DNA of 64,000 nucleotides from an uncultured Christensenella sp. (GTDB lineage Bacteria; Bacillota; Clostridia; Christensenellales; UBA1242): NCBI GenBank assembly GCA_910584815.1, contig CAJUBT010000005.1, positions 21,222 to 85,221 of the forward strand, read 5' to 3'. Shown piece by piece: positions 56,326 to 64,000 of this stretch (position 1 is its first letter; each line of letters starts with the position of its first letter). The notes under the pieces were generated by a model. It saw only the letters and a program-made list of their open reading frames with translations, ran no database searches and was not told where the DNA came from. The position numbers and the translations under genes were made by a program.

Positions 56326-57042
56326 TTATTTTTTATTGTTTAAATCTATTTGGCAAGATAAATAATATTTATTTAACACAATGTTTTGTATTTCTTTTGA
56401 AATATCTTCTATAGTTCTTATATTATTATTTTCATCAACACATTTAACTGTATCATATAAATATTTATTTGCAAGCAACAAATAAGTTTTTTCTGCGTGT
56501 ATTATATGATTTTTATCGTTCTCGTGCTGGTCTCCCTTTTCTTCTCTGCCCTCTTTTAATTTTTGAGCAGCATCATATGGCATATGTAAAAATATTGTCA
56601 TATCAGGTCTAGGTAATTCCAAAAAAGTATATTCCAATTTATCTAACCAGTTTATCATTTCACTTTGTTCTATAGGGTCTATAATTTTACCTGCTTGATG
56701 AGCCATATTACTTTCAACATATCTATCTAGTATTACATTATATCCTAAATTTAATGCAGATATAATACTATTTATATTATATTTTCTATCTGCGGCATAA
56801 TAAAGAGAAGCTACCTTTGGGTTAACATTTCCTGCTCCTTCTGAAAAATAACCTTCGCATATCCAATCTTTTCCCAAATATGGACCTCCAACTATTTTTC
56901 CAGTTGGAGTGTCATACATAGGAAAACCAAATTTTTTTGTTTTAATACCATTATTGTTTAAAAATTCTACAAGCAAATCAGATTGGGTTTGCTTTCCCGA
57001 ACAATCTGTTCCTTCTATAACAATAAGTTTACCTTTTGGCAT
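56326..57042 (-). CDS. tmk: Thymidylate kinase-like protein
   Basis: 238 aa. P-loop IEGTDCSGKQTQ and the DRY..S..AHQ motif. Longer than the canonical Tmk. Confidence 0.7.
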   Translation of the reverse strand: MPKGKLIVIEGTDCSGKQTQSDLLVEFLNNNGIKTKKFGFPMYDTPTGKIVGGPYLGKDWICEGYFSEGAGNVNPKVASLYYAADRKYNINSIISALNLGYNVILDRYVESNMAHQAGKIIDPIEQSEMINWLDKLEYTFLELPRPDMTIFLHMPYDAAQKLKEGREEKGDQHENDKNHIIHAEKTYLLLANKYLYDTVKCVDENNNIRTIEDISKEIQNIVLNKYYLSCQIDLNNKK

Positions 57043-57045
57043 TTG

Positions 57046-59040
57046 TTAATCTCCTTTAAATTGACTTGGATGTTTTTTAAAGAAATCTTGTTTAGGCTCT
57101 AAAAATTCTGGTGTATAGTTATTTTTATCTTCAACAAAATCATATATTGGTTTTTCAATATTATCCCAACTAAAAACATTTTCATTTAATTTTAAAAACT
57201 TAGCTAATTTTTCACAAGAATTAGGAGCTATAGGATGTAATAAAACCATTGCTACTTTACTCATATGCAAACAATCAATTATTGCTTGTTTCAATTTGGC
57301 TGGTTCATTTTCTTTTGCATTGGCAATCCAATATTTATTAATGTTCCTAATAAAAGTGTCTAGTTCATAGGTAATCATATGAAACTTTGTTTGAGACATA
57401 AATTTTTCATACTTTAAAATAGTTTTAACACAATCTTTTAAAACATCTTGTGAAACATCTCCATAAGGAACAATGCCATTAAAATATTTTTGCCAACCAT
57501 AAAACAAAGTTCTTAAAATTTTGTTATACACATTTGTAAGCAGGTTGCCTTCCTTTAATACAACATCTACTTCTTCTTCCTTAGCATCTGGATTGAATTT
57601 TTTAGGAGAAAAACTAGCAGAATTATTGCCTAAATTTAACCCTAAAAAATGTGCTCTTAATTGTTCTGCTGTATAGTATTTTAATAGTTCATCTGCCATA
57701 GGAGGTTTTACTTTAGAACTACTACTTGCCTTTTGGTTTAAAAACAATAAATGTTTGTTTGCAACTAAAGTTGATATTTGCAATTCTCCATTAGGCACAT
57801 CTACAGTTGAAGCAGATTTTTGAGTATTTAGCCAAATACCATGTTGAGCTGGGCCATAGAAATAAATATTATCTTCACCTATAAATTGGAATATTGAACA
57901 ATCTTTATTACACCACCAATCTTTCCAATTATTTGGTTTTCTTTCACTATTAGCTAAAAATGTTTTAGTAAAGGAAATAGGTGCCCATAAACTTTCAGGC
58001 CAAACCCAGAAAGTTAAATCTTTTTCATTAGGAACAGGAACACCCCAAGTTATGTTTCCAGTTAATCTAAACGGAACTAAAGTCTTACCCGTTCTATATC
58101 GTATACCACTTTTTGTTAAAATTTCACAGGCTTTTTCTCTGTCTTTTAGAGATTCAAAAATTATTGTTCGTGAAGATTTATTGTCTTCTGTTTGGTGAAA
58201 TTTTGGAAGATCTTCTTTAATTCTATTAAAAGAATCATCGTATTCTTTTTTAATATAAATTTCTGGATCTTTTAAAAATTCTTTTATTTCTTTAGTAACA
58301 AAGGAACGTGTAATTGTATTCTTTTCTAAATAGTCTATCCATTGAACAAGTAAATTTTTATTATCTTGTAATTTAAAATACCAATTAGATATTGGCTTTA
58401 AAATTGGCTTTTCTCCAGTTAAAGTACTAATAGGATTTAATAATTCCTCTGGCATATATTGATGCCCCAAATCGCACTCATCAGCATAACCCTTTTCAGA
58501 GCCACAATTTTCAAATGGACATTTACCTATTACTTGTCTACCATTTAAAAAACATCCTGCTTTTTCATCATAAAACTGCAAAGTATTCATAAGTTCTAAA
58601 GCATTATTATCTTTTAGGGTTTCAAACACAATTTTGCTTATTTCTTCGTGAACATCTTTTGCTGGATTTAAACCTGATGCCCCATAAAAGTCAAGAGCAA
58701 CTTCAAATTGTTTTAAAGTCTTCTCTTGAAAATCGTGATTATATTTAACATAATCTTCAATACTACCTTCAAAACTGGATGTTTCCTTTAATTTTCTATA
58801 TCCTTCCATTATAGGAGACCCATAACAGTCTGTGCCAGAAACAAAAATAACATTTTCTTTTCCTAATCTATCTCTCATAAATCTAGCAAAAGCATCTGCG
58901 TGAATAAATAACCCGCCAATATGTCCACAATGTAAAGCTTTATTTCCATAAGGCATACCCGAGGTTATTACTACTCTGTTGCTAAATTTTGGTCGATTTT
59001 CTAACATTTTAGCTAAAATTTCATCGTTATAACTTTCCAT
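57046..59040 (-). CDS. metG: Methionyl-tRNA synthetase
   Basis: 664 aa. PYGNKALHCGHIGG (HIGH region) and Cys knuckle CPFENCGS...ECDLGH. The KMSKS position reads KASSS. Confidence 0.85.
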   Translation of the reverse strand: MESYNDEILAKMLENRPKFSNRVVITSGMPYGNKALHCGHIGGLFIHADAFARFMRDRLGKENVIFVSGTDCYGSPIMEGYRKLKETSSFEGSIEDYVKYNHDFQEKTLKQFEVALDFYGASGLNPAKDVHEEISKIVFETLKDNNALELMNTLQFYDEKAGCFLNGRQVIGKCPFENCGSEKGYADECDLGHQYMPEELLNPISTLTGEKPILKPISNWYFKLQDNKNLLVQWIDYLEKNTITRSFVTKEIKEFLKDPEIYIKKEYDDSFNRIKEDLPKFHQTEDNKSSRTIIFESLKDREKACEILTKSGIRYRTGKTLVPFRLTGNITWGVPVPNEKDLTFWVWPESLWAPISFTKTFLANSERKPNNWKDWWCNKDCSIFQFIGEDNIYFYGPAQHGIWLNTQKSASTVDVPNGELQISTLVANKHLLFLNQKASSSSKVKPPMADELLKYYTAEQLRAHFLGLNLGNNSASFSPKKFNPDAKEEEVDVVLKEGNLLTNVYNKILRTLFYGWQKYFNGIVPYGDVSQDVLKDCVKTILKYEKFMSQTKFHMITYELDTFIRNINKYWIANAKENEPAKLKQAIIDCLHMSKVAMVLLHPIAPNSCEKLAKFLKLNENVFSWDNIEKPIYDFVEDKNNYTPEFLEPKQDFFKKHPSQFKGD

Positions 59041-59244
59041 ATCATTCCCCTATTTTTTATTAATTATAATATCTAAGCAAATATTTGTAAAACTAATATT
59101 AAGTATTTTTAATTTTATTTAAAATCGCATATAAAATTTATTAAATAAATAACTTACTAAAATTTTTATGTTATTTTTTAAATGCAAAAAAAGAACCACC
59201 TAAAAAAGCAGTTCCTTTATCTATCATAAAAATTAATGTAAGAA

Positions 59245-59442
59245 TTAACCCCTAACAATATCTTTATTTTTTAAGCATTTTGTGCAAATATATTTTTTAG
59301 TTGGAGTTCCATCTTCTATTATAGTAACCTTTTGAACATTTGCTTTTTTATGTGTTAAAGTTCTTCTTGTTAATTGTGAACTTCTATAACTTAAATTAGA
59401 TGCTCTCATTTGGTCCTTACCACAAACTTCACATTTTGCCAT
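59245..59442 (-). CDS. rpmB: 50S ribosomal protein L28
   Basis: 65 aa. MAKCEVCGK...SNLSYRSSQLTRRT...NVQKV pattern. Confidence 0.9.
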   Translation of the reverse strand: MAKCEVCGKDQMRASNLSYRSSQLTRRTLTHKKANVQKVTIIEDGTPTKKYICTKCLKNKDIVRG

Positions 59443-59767
59443 CTCTAAATTCTCCTTAAAAATTAATACTAATTTATTATACTAATAATTTATAAAAAGT
59501 CAACAAAAACAAATAAAAAAATATCAAAATGAAAGGCTGTGCTAATTCTAATCTTACTTTAATAGTAAAATACTTGACACAAATAACTATTTTTTGTTAA
59601 TTTATATTATTGAATATTGTAAATTTTTACAATTGTTTTAAAAAATAACAAAATGGTTTAATAAACTATATTAATTTTAAATCAATTTAATATGCTTAGA
59701 AAATATATATCAATAATTAAAATTACATTTTTGTTTATATATTCATATAAATTAATATACTATTTTT

Positions 59768-59843
59768 GCTCCTGTGGCTCAGTTGGTAGAGCAATTGATT
59801 CGTAATCAATAGGTCAGCGGTTCGAATCCGCTCAGGAGCTCCA
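59768..59843 (+). tRNA. tRNA-Thr (anticodon CGT)
   Basis: Acceptor GCTCCTG/CAGGAGC, D-arm GCTCAGTTGGTAGAGC, anticodon loop TTCGTAA, T-loop GGTTCGAATCC, encoded CCA. Confidence 0.93.
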
Positions 59844-59864
59844 AAAAATACAAAAGGGAAAAGT

Positions 59865-60347
59865 ATGAAAATATTTTTTGTTCATCACGCACTTAGGGTT
59901 AAAGGCAATCCCCCAGGACCAAATGATAATATACACAAATTAGGAGTGAGAGATGCTAAACTCACAGCCGTTCTCTTAAAGAGATATCAAAAAATGAATG
60001 GCAACTTAAAAGCAATATATACTTCACCATACTATAGGTGCAGTAAAACAGCGGAATTAATTAATAAATATGTTAAAGTGCCTATAACAAGAGATGACAG
60101 ACTTAATGAAATGAACATTTCAGGCGGAGAAAGTTGGTTATCTTTACAAAAAAGAGTTAGGGAATGTTTAACTGATATTTTAAATTCATTTACAGAGAAC
60201 GATTGTGTTGTATGCGTTACTAGTGGAGTTAATATTGCGGGCTTTATTTCACTTGCTTATAAATTAAAGCCAAGTGATTCTACTCCATTTATAACAATGC
60301 CTAGTTGTTCCCCAATTGTATTTGAAATAAATAAATCTTGTTTATAA
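59865..60347 (+). CDS. Histidine phosphatase superfamily (SixA/PGAM-like) protein
   Basis: 160 aa. The N-terminal FVHHA(L)R and later SPYYRCSKTAE resemble the RHG...SP..R motifs. Assignment is tentative. Confidence 0.4.
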   Translation: MKIFFVHHALRVKGNPPGPNDNIHKLGVRDAKLTAVLLKRYQKMNGNLKAIYTSPYYRCSKTAELINKYVKVPITRDDRLNEMNISGGESWLSLQKRVRECLTDILNSFTENDCVVCVTSGVNIAGFISLAYKLKPSDSTPFITMPSCSPIVFEINKSCL

Positions 60348-60349
60348 TA

Positions 60350-60384
60350 AAAACCACCAGTAAATCAAACTGGCGGTTTTTTTT
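60350..60384 (+). terminator. Intrinsic terminator between convergent genes
   Basis: ACCACCAGT / ACTGGCGGT stem (one mismatch) followed by TTTTTTTT. Confidence 0.6.
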
Positions 60385-60422
60385 ACAATAAAATATCTTT
60401 ATTAAAATAAGCTGTTATTTTT

Positions 60423-61514
60423 TTATTCTTCATTTGAAGAATTTTTAAGTTTAATAACATCTGGTTCTTCTTGCATTGCTTTTAAACTTAATGAAACTTT
60501 TAAATTATCAGTATCAATATCTATAATTTTCAAATCTAATTTTTGACCAACTTTGGCAACTTCATATATGTTTTTAACATAGAAATGGGAGGCTTCCTTA
60601 ATATGAAGTAACCCTTCCAAATCTTCACCAAACTTAATAATAGCACCAAATGGCAATATCTTTTTTACTTCTCCATTAACAATATCGCCTATATTCAATG
60701 TTTCTAGTTTTTTAATCATAGGATTTTCTTTCAAGGCTTTATAACTTAAAGAAACTTTTTTATTTTCCTTATCGCATTTTATTACTTTAAAATTATATGA
60801 TTTTTCTAATTCAAAAACATCACTAGCTTTTTTATTCCTATCAAAATCTGCTTCACTGTTATGAACAAGACAATCTACTCCATTAACATTTACAAAGGCT
60901 CCAAAATCGGTAAATCGAACTACTTTACCAGCCACTATTTTATTTTCAAATATAGATGACCAAAAAGTGTTTTCCTCTGTGATTTTTTCATTAACTTCTT
61001 GTGCTTTTATAGATGCAATAATTTTTTGATTATTTAAATCTATTTCAAGCACAATTGCTTTTACTTGTTTATTTACATAATTATTTAAATTGTTGTCTAC
61101 TTTTCTGCTTGAAATTTGACTAAAAGGAATAAACACTTCAAAGGCACCTAAATTAGATATTAAACCTGCTTTATTAGTAGATGAAATAATTAAATTAGTT
61201 GAATCTCCAACCTTTAAACCTTTAACAATTTCATTACCAACCTTTAAATAATCAGCTTTTGATTTTGAGAGAATAATCATTCCACTTTCATCCTTAGTGT
61301 TTGTTATTATTGCCTCAAAACTATCTCCCTTATTAACATTTTCTAAAGCTGTTTTTTCATCTTCACTATAAGGTATAAAACCATCTTTTTTACCACCTAT
61401 ATTTAATAAAACTCCATCTTTTAAAAAGTCAACGACATTAGCCATTACCTTTGTTCCTACTTTAAAATGGGTAAAAGTTTTATCTATACTTTCTAAATCA
61501 AATTTATCATACAT
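60423..61514 (-). CDS. S1 RNA-binding domain protein (ribosomal protein S1-like, four S1 repeats)
   Basis: 363 aa. Four repeats of the G.V....F.DFGAFV..G..GL.H pattern. Confidence 0.75.
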   Translation of the reverse strand: MYDKFDLESIDKTFTHFKVGTKVMANVVDFLKDGVLLNIGGKKDGFIPYSEDEKTALENVNKGDSFEAIITNTKDESGMIILSKSKADYLKVGNEIVKGLKVGDSTNLIISSTNKAGLISNLGAFEVFIPFSQISSRKVDNNLNNYVNKQVKAIVLEIDLNNQKIIASIKAQEVNEKITEENTFWSSIFENKIVAGKVVRFTDFGAFVNVNGVDCLVHNSEADFDRNKKASDVFELEKSYNFKVIKCDKENKKVSLSYKALKENPMIKKLETLNIGDIVNGEVKKILPFGAIIKFGEDLEGLLHIKEASHFYVKNIYEVAKVGQKLDLKIIDIDTDNLKVSLSLKAMQEEPDVIKLKNSSNEE

Positions 61515-61622
61515 AATAATAATTTCTCCTAAGTGTGATTATATCAAATTTTAATGGAATTTAAAACTTATTTTATTAATTATTATAATTTCTAAAAATT
61601 ATATTTATAATACTTGAACAAA

Positions 61623-62035
61623 CTATTTCACTAAGCTTAAATCACCATTTATAATTTTAGGTGAAAAGCCTTTTATTTCATCATATAAAAGACCTTCTGG
61701 AACATTATTATACAAATAAATAGTTTTCCCTTCCATAAAAGCTTCATATAATTCCAAAAAAGTAGAACCACCTATATAGTTTTTCTTACCGTTTTTATCA
61801 AAATTCAAAGTTAAAACAGCATCTAATTGTTTAATTTTTTCTCTACTTTTTCTAAACATTTCTCCTTTCATTCTTGAATGCTCTTCTTCTCCTTTTGCAT
61901 ACCATTCATTTTCAGCATTAGGATTTTCATAAGTATGGGGTAAACTTACCTCCCAACCATTCTTTTCAAGAATTTTTTTTATAGGTGCTATTTCACCATA
62001 AAAAGCTTTGCTACATATAATAAAAATTTTTTCAT
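61623..62035 (-). pseudogene. Small Rossmann-like protein gene (possibly nucleoside 2-deoxyribosyltransferase-like), interrupted by a 1-nt frameshift in an A6 run
   Basis: RBS AGGAGA plus the ATG at 62035 is followed by A6T5. The long ORF (to 61623) is open upstream to 62034 in a different frame and has no start codon of its own before the M at 61871. One extra A would give MKKIFIICSKAFYGEIAPIKKILEKNGWEV... continuous with the 82-aa track ORF. Confidence 0.55.
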
Positions 62036-62044
62036 TTTATTCTC

Positions 62045-62701
62045 CTATTCCTTATTTATAGTTTTTGACAATTTATGCTTTTTCTTTTTTAATTGTTTTT
62101 CATCTAAATCTTTATAATAGTTTTCTTTAAGGCTCATAATTTTATTTGCTAAAACTTCTCCTGCTTGAGATAAACATTCTTTATCAAGTTTTTTATCATA
62201 AAATTCACTTAATTCAAATGGTTCGCCTATTATCAAAATATTTTTCCTAAATAGTTTTTGTTTTTTAACTATAAAACAAGGTAATACAGGTTTCTTAGAT
62301 TTAATTGCAAATAAACAAGCACCATCCTTTACTTCAATATTAGTTTCTGCATCTTTTCTAGTTCCTTCTGGAAAAATACCCAAACATTCATTATTTTTTA
62401 AAATATCAAAAACTATTTTTGTTGTTGATAAAGTAAGCCCATTTTCTCTATCTATTGCAATGCAACCTAAAATATTATCATATAAGTAACTTTTCTCTTT
62501 ACCTTTCCATAGTTCCTTTTTTGCAATAAATCTAATTCTTTTCTTAAATTTGAAATTCATAATTATTGGATCAAATGCACTTCTATGATTACAAACTATA
62601 ACATAATTTTGTTTTTTATTATAATTTTTTTTCCCAATAACTTTAACGGGCATAAACATTTTAGAAGGTAATAATAACATATAATATAAAAACCAAAACA
62701 T
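62045..62701 (-). CDS. plsC: 1-acyl-sn-glycerol-3-phosphate acyltransferase
   Basis: 218 aa. NHRSAFDP (HxxxxD) and FPEGTR motifs. Confidence 0.88.
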   Translation of the reverse strand: MFWFLYYMLLLPSKMFMPVKVIGKKNYNKKQNYVIVCNHRSAFDPIIMNFKFKKRIRFIAKKELWKGKEKSYLYDNILGCIAIDRENGLTLSTTKIVFDILKNNECLGIFPEGTRKDAETNIEVKDGACLFAIKSKKPVLPCFIVKKQKLFRKNILIIGEPFELSEFYDKKLDKECLSQAGEVLANKIMSLKENYYKDLDEKQLKKKKHKLSKTINKE

Positions 62702-62715
62702 TTATTAATTCTCCC

Positions 62716-63948
62716 TTATAAATTAAGTGATGATAGATATTCTCCAGCTAAAAAACCTGTAGATAAAGCAATTTGAATGTTAAAACCACCTGTTAAAGCA
62801 TCTAAATCTAAAACTTCACCCACAAAAAATAAATTATTTATATTTTTACTTTCCATATTTTTAGGGTTAATTTCTTTAACATCAATTCCGCCGCTTGTTA
62901 CAATTCCGCACTCAATATTTTCTAAACATTTAATTGTATATGTAAAACATTTTAAACCATCTATAATTTTTTGTCTAATATCTTTTGTTATATTACAAAT
63001 AACAACATTCTCATCTAATCCATTTTTTCTTATAAAAACATTAATTAAACTAGATGGCAATAACTCTTTTAAATAATTTTTTAAATTTTTATTTTTAAAA
63101 GTTTCAAAATCTCTTAATAGCCTATTATTTAGCATATCTTTAGATAAATTTGGTTTTAAATCAATATTTAAATTAATATTAGCATTAGATAAATTATATT
63201 TGTTTATATAACTAGACAAACTTAATATTATAGGACCGCTTACCCCATTATGTGTAAATAGCATTTCACCAAATTGAGAAAAACTTTTGTTCTCTATTTT
63301 AACTTTAACTTCTACATTTTTTAAAGTTAAACCAGCTAATTCTCCTTTGTAATCATTAAGCATTATTGGAACTAAGGCTGGCTTTGGTTTTATAATACTA
63401 TGACCAAAAACTTCAGCAAAAACATAGCCATCTCCTTTTGATCCTGTTGAAGAATAAGATTTTCCGCCAGTTGCTATAACTAAAGCATCACAAATATATC
63501 TTTTTTTATTTGTGTTAATTTCAAATTTATTTTCTACTTTAGTTACACTTCTTACAAAAGTTTGCAAATCAATTTTAACATTTTGCTTTTTAAGAACTTT
63601 TGTAAAAGTTTTTATAATATCGCTTGATTTATCTGAAGTTGGAAAAACTCTGTTGCCTCTTTCAATTTTTAATGGAGTTCCATTTTCTTCAAAAAATTTC
63701 ATTGTGTCTTGTGGTGTAAATTTATTTATTGCTCCATATAAAAATTTTGAGTTATTAATAACATTTTTAAGGAAGTTATCTGTGGTTGTATAGTTACAAA
63801 TGTTACATCTACCTTTACCTGTTATAAATAATTTTTTCCCAATTTTTTCATTTCCATCTAATAAAATAACATTGTTATTTTCATTTTCACTAGCCTTTAC
63901 AGCACACATAAGACCTGCAGGTCCTGTCCCAATTATTACAATATCCAT
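62716..63948 (-). CDS. FAD-dependent oxidoreductase, HI0933/YhiN (BaiN) family
   Basis: 410 aa. N-terminal IIGTGPAGLMCA dinucleotide-binding motif and C-terminal GGFNIQIALSTGFLAG. Confidence 0.8.
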   Translation of the reverse strand: MDIVIIGTGPAGLMCAVKASENENNNVILLDGNEKIGKKLFITGKGRCNICNYTTTDNFLKNVINNSKFLYGAINKFTPQDTMKFFEENGTPLKIERGNRVFPTSDKSSDIIKTFTKVLKKQNVKIDLQTFVRSVTKVENKFEINTNKKRYICDALVIATGGKSYSSTGSKGDGYVFAEVFGHSIIKPKPALVPIMLNDYKGELAGLTLKNVEVKVKIENKSFSQFGEMLFTHNGVSGPIILSLSSYINKYNLSNANINLNIDLKPNLSKDMLNNRLLRDFETFKNKNLKNYLKELLPSSLINVFIRKNGLDENVVICNITKDIRQKIIDGLKCFTYTIKCLENIECGIVTSGGIDVKEINPKNMESKNINNLFFVGEVLDLDALTGGFNIQIALSTGFLAGEYLSSLNL

Positions 63949-64000
63949 ATTATATATGATATCAAATTTTGTAGTTTTGTTAAAATAAATTTTTATATTT

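Noticed and set aside
59161-59244. Terminator or T-box-like AGGTGGTTC sequence between rpmB and metG
   Set aside because: The arms pair poorly (several mismatches) and no leader architecture surrounds the sequence. The evidence is insufficient for either call.
1-64000. Alternative genetic code (UGA=Trp) suggested by the very low GC content
   Set aside because: Well-supported genes terminate at TGA (for example scpA at 10117-10119 and the 89-aa phage gene at 33815-33817). The tRNA-Trp has a CCA anticodon, and conserved proteins translate fully under code 11.

Overview
This is a very AT-rich chromosomal segment from an endospore-forming Firmicute. Gene order is Clostridia/Bacilli-like: argR-recN-spoIVB-spo0A, a PNP gene, dac, scpA-scpB, a class A PBP, miaB-mutS-mutL-miaA, lexA, serS, rnhA, rny, thiI, a cysteine desulfurase, pheST, yunB, spoVAC/AD/AE, tmk, metG, rpmB, an S1-domain protein and plsC. 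There are three single tRNA genes (Trp-CCA, Leu-CAA, Thr-CGT). I saw no rRNA, no CRISPR array and no classical IS element. The standard code applies: genes end in TGA and the tRNA-Trp has a CCA anticodon. Most short antisense ORFs in the supplied track are shadows of real genes.

The one clear accessory region is about 26.6-34.4 kb. A compact ~7.3 kb module, almost entirely on the minus strand, has the architecture of an integrated filamentous (inovirus-like) prophage:
- an HUH rolling-circle Rep;
- a small OB-like protein;
- a chain of translationally coupled tiny membrane proteins, including a 46-aa ORF below the track cutoff;
- a membrane P-loop ATPase like Zot/pI;
- a pVIII-like coat protein followed by an intrinsic terminator;
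- a large secreted, C-terminally anchored adsorption-like protein.

The module is bracketed by copies of a palindromic hairpin and encodes no integrase, transposase or secretin. Directly upstream of rep lies a ~390 nt non-coding block that is markedly GC-enriched and hairpin-dense. Next to it is the only oppositely oriented gene, driven by a near-consensus sigma-A promoter. It encodes a membrane-anchored protein with a DUF2726-like (PD-(D/E)xK-type) nuclease fold. This rep-proximal unit is my best candidate for an undescribed function, such as immunity or superinfection exclusion plus an ssDNA origin/packaging region.

Secondary observations:
- an orphan CD-NTase/SMODS-like nucleotidyltransferase next to the prophage;
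- a syntenic Spo0A with a degenerate receiver domain;
- a membrane-anchored PadR fusion followed by an ABC transporter;
- an 860-aa Asn-rich lipoprotein;
- a homopolymer frameshift in a small gene;
- ArgR and LexA operator candidates.

All functional calls come from motif recognition by eye. No database search was run.
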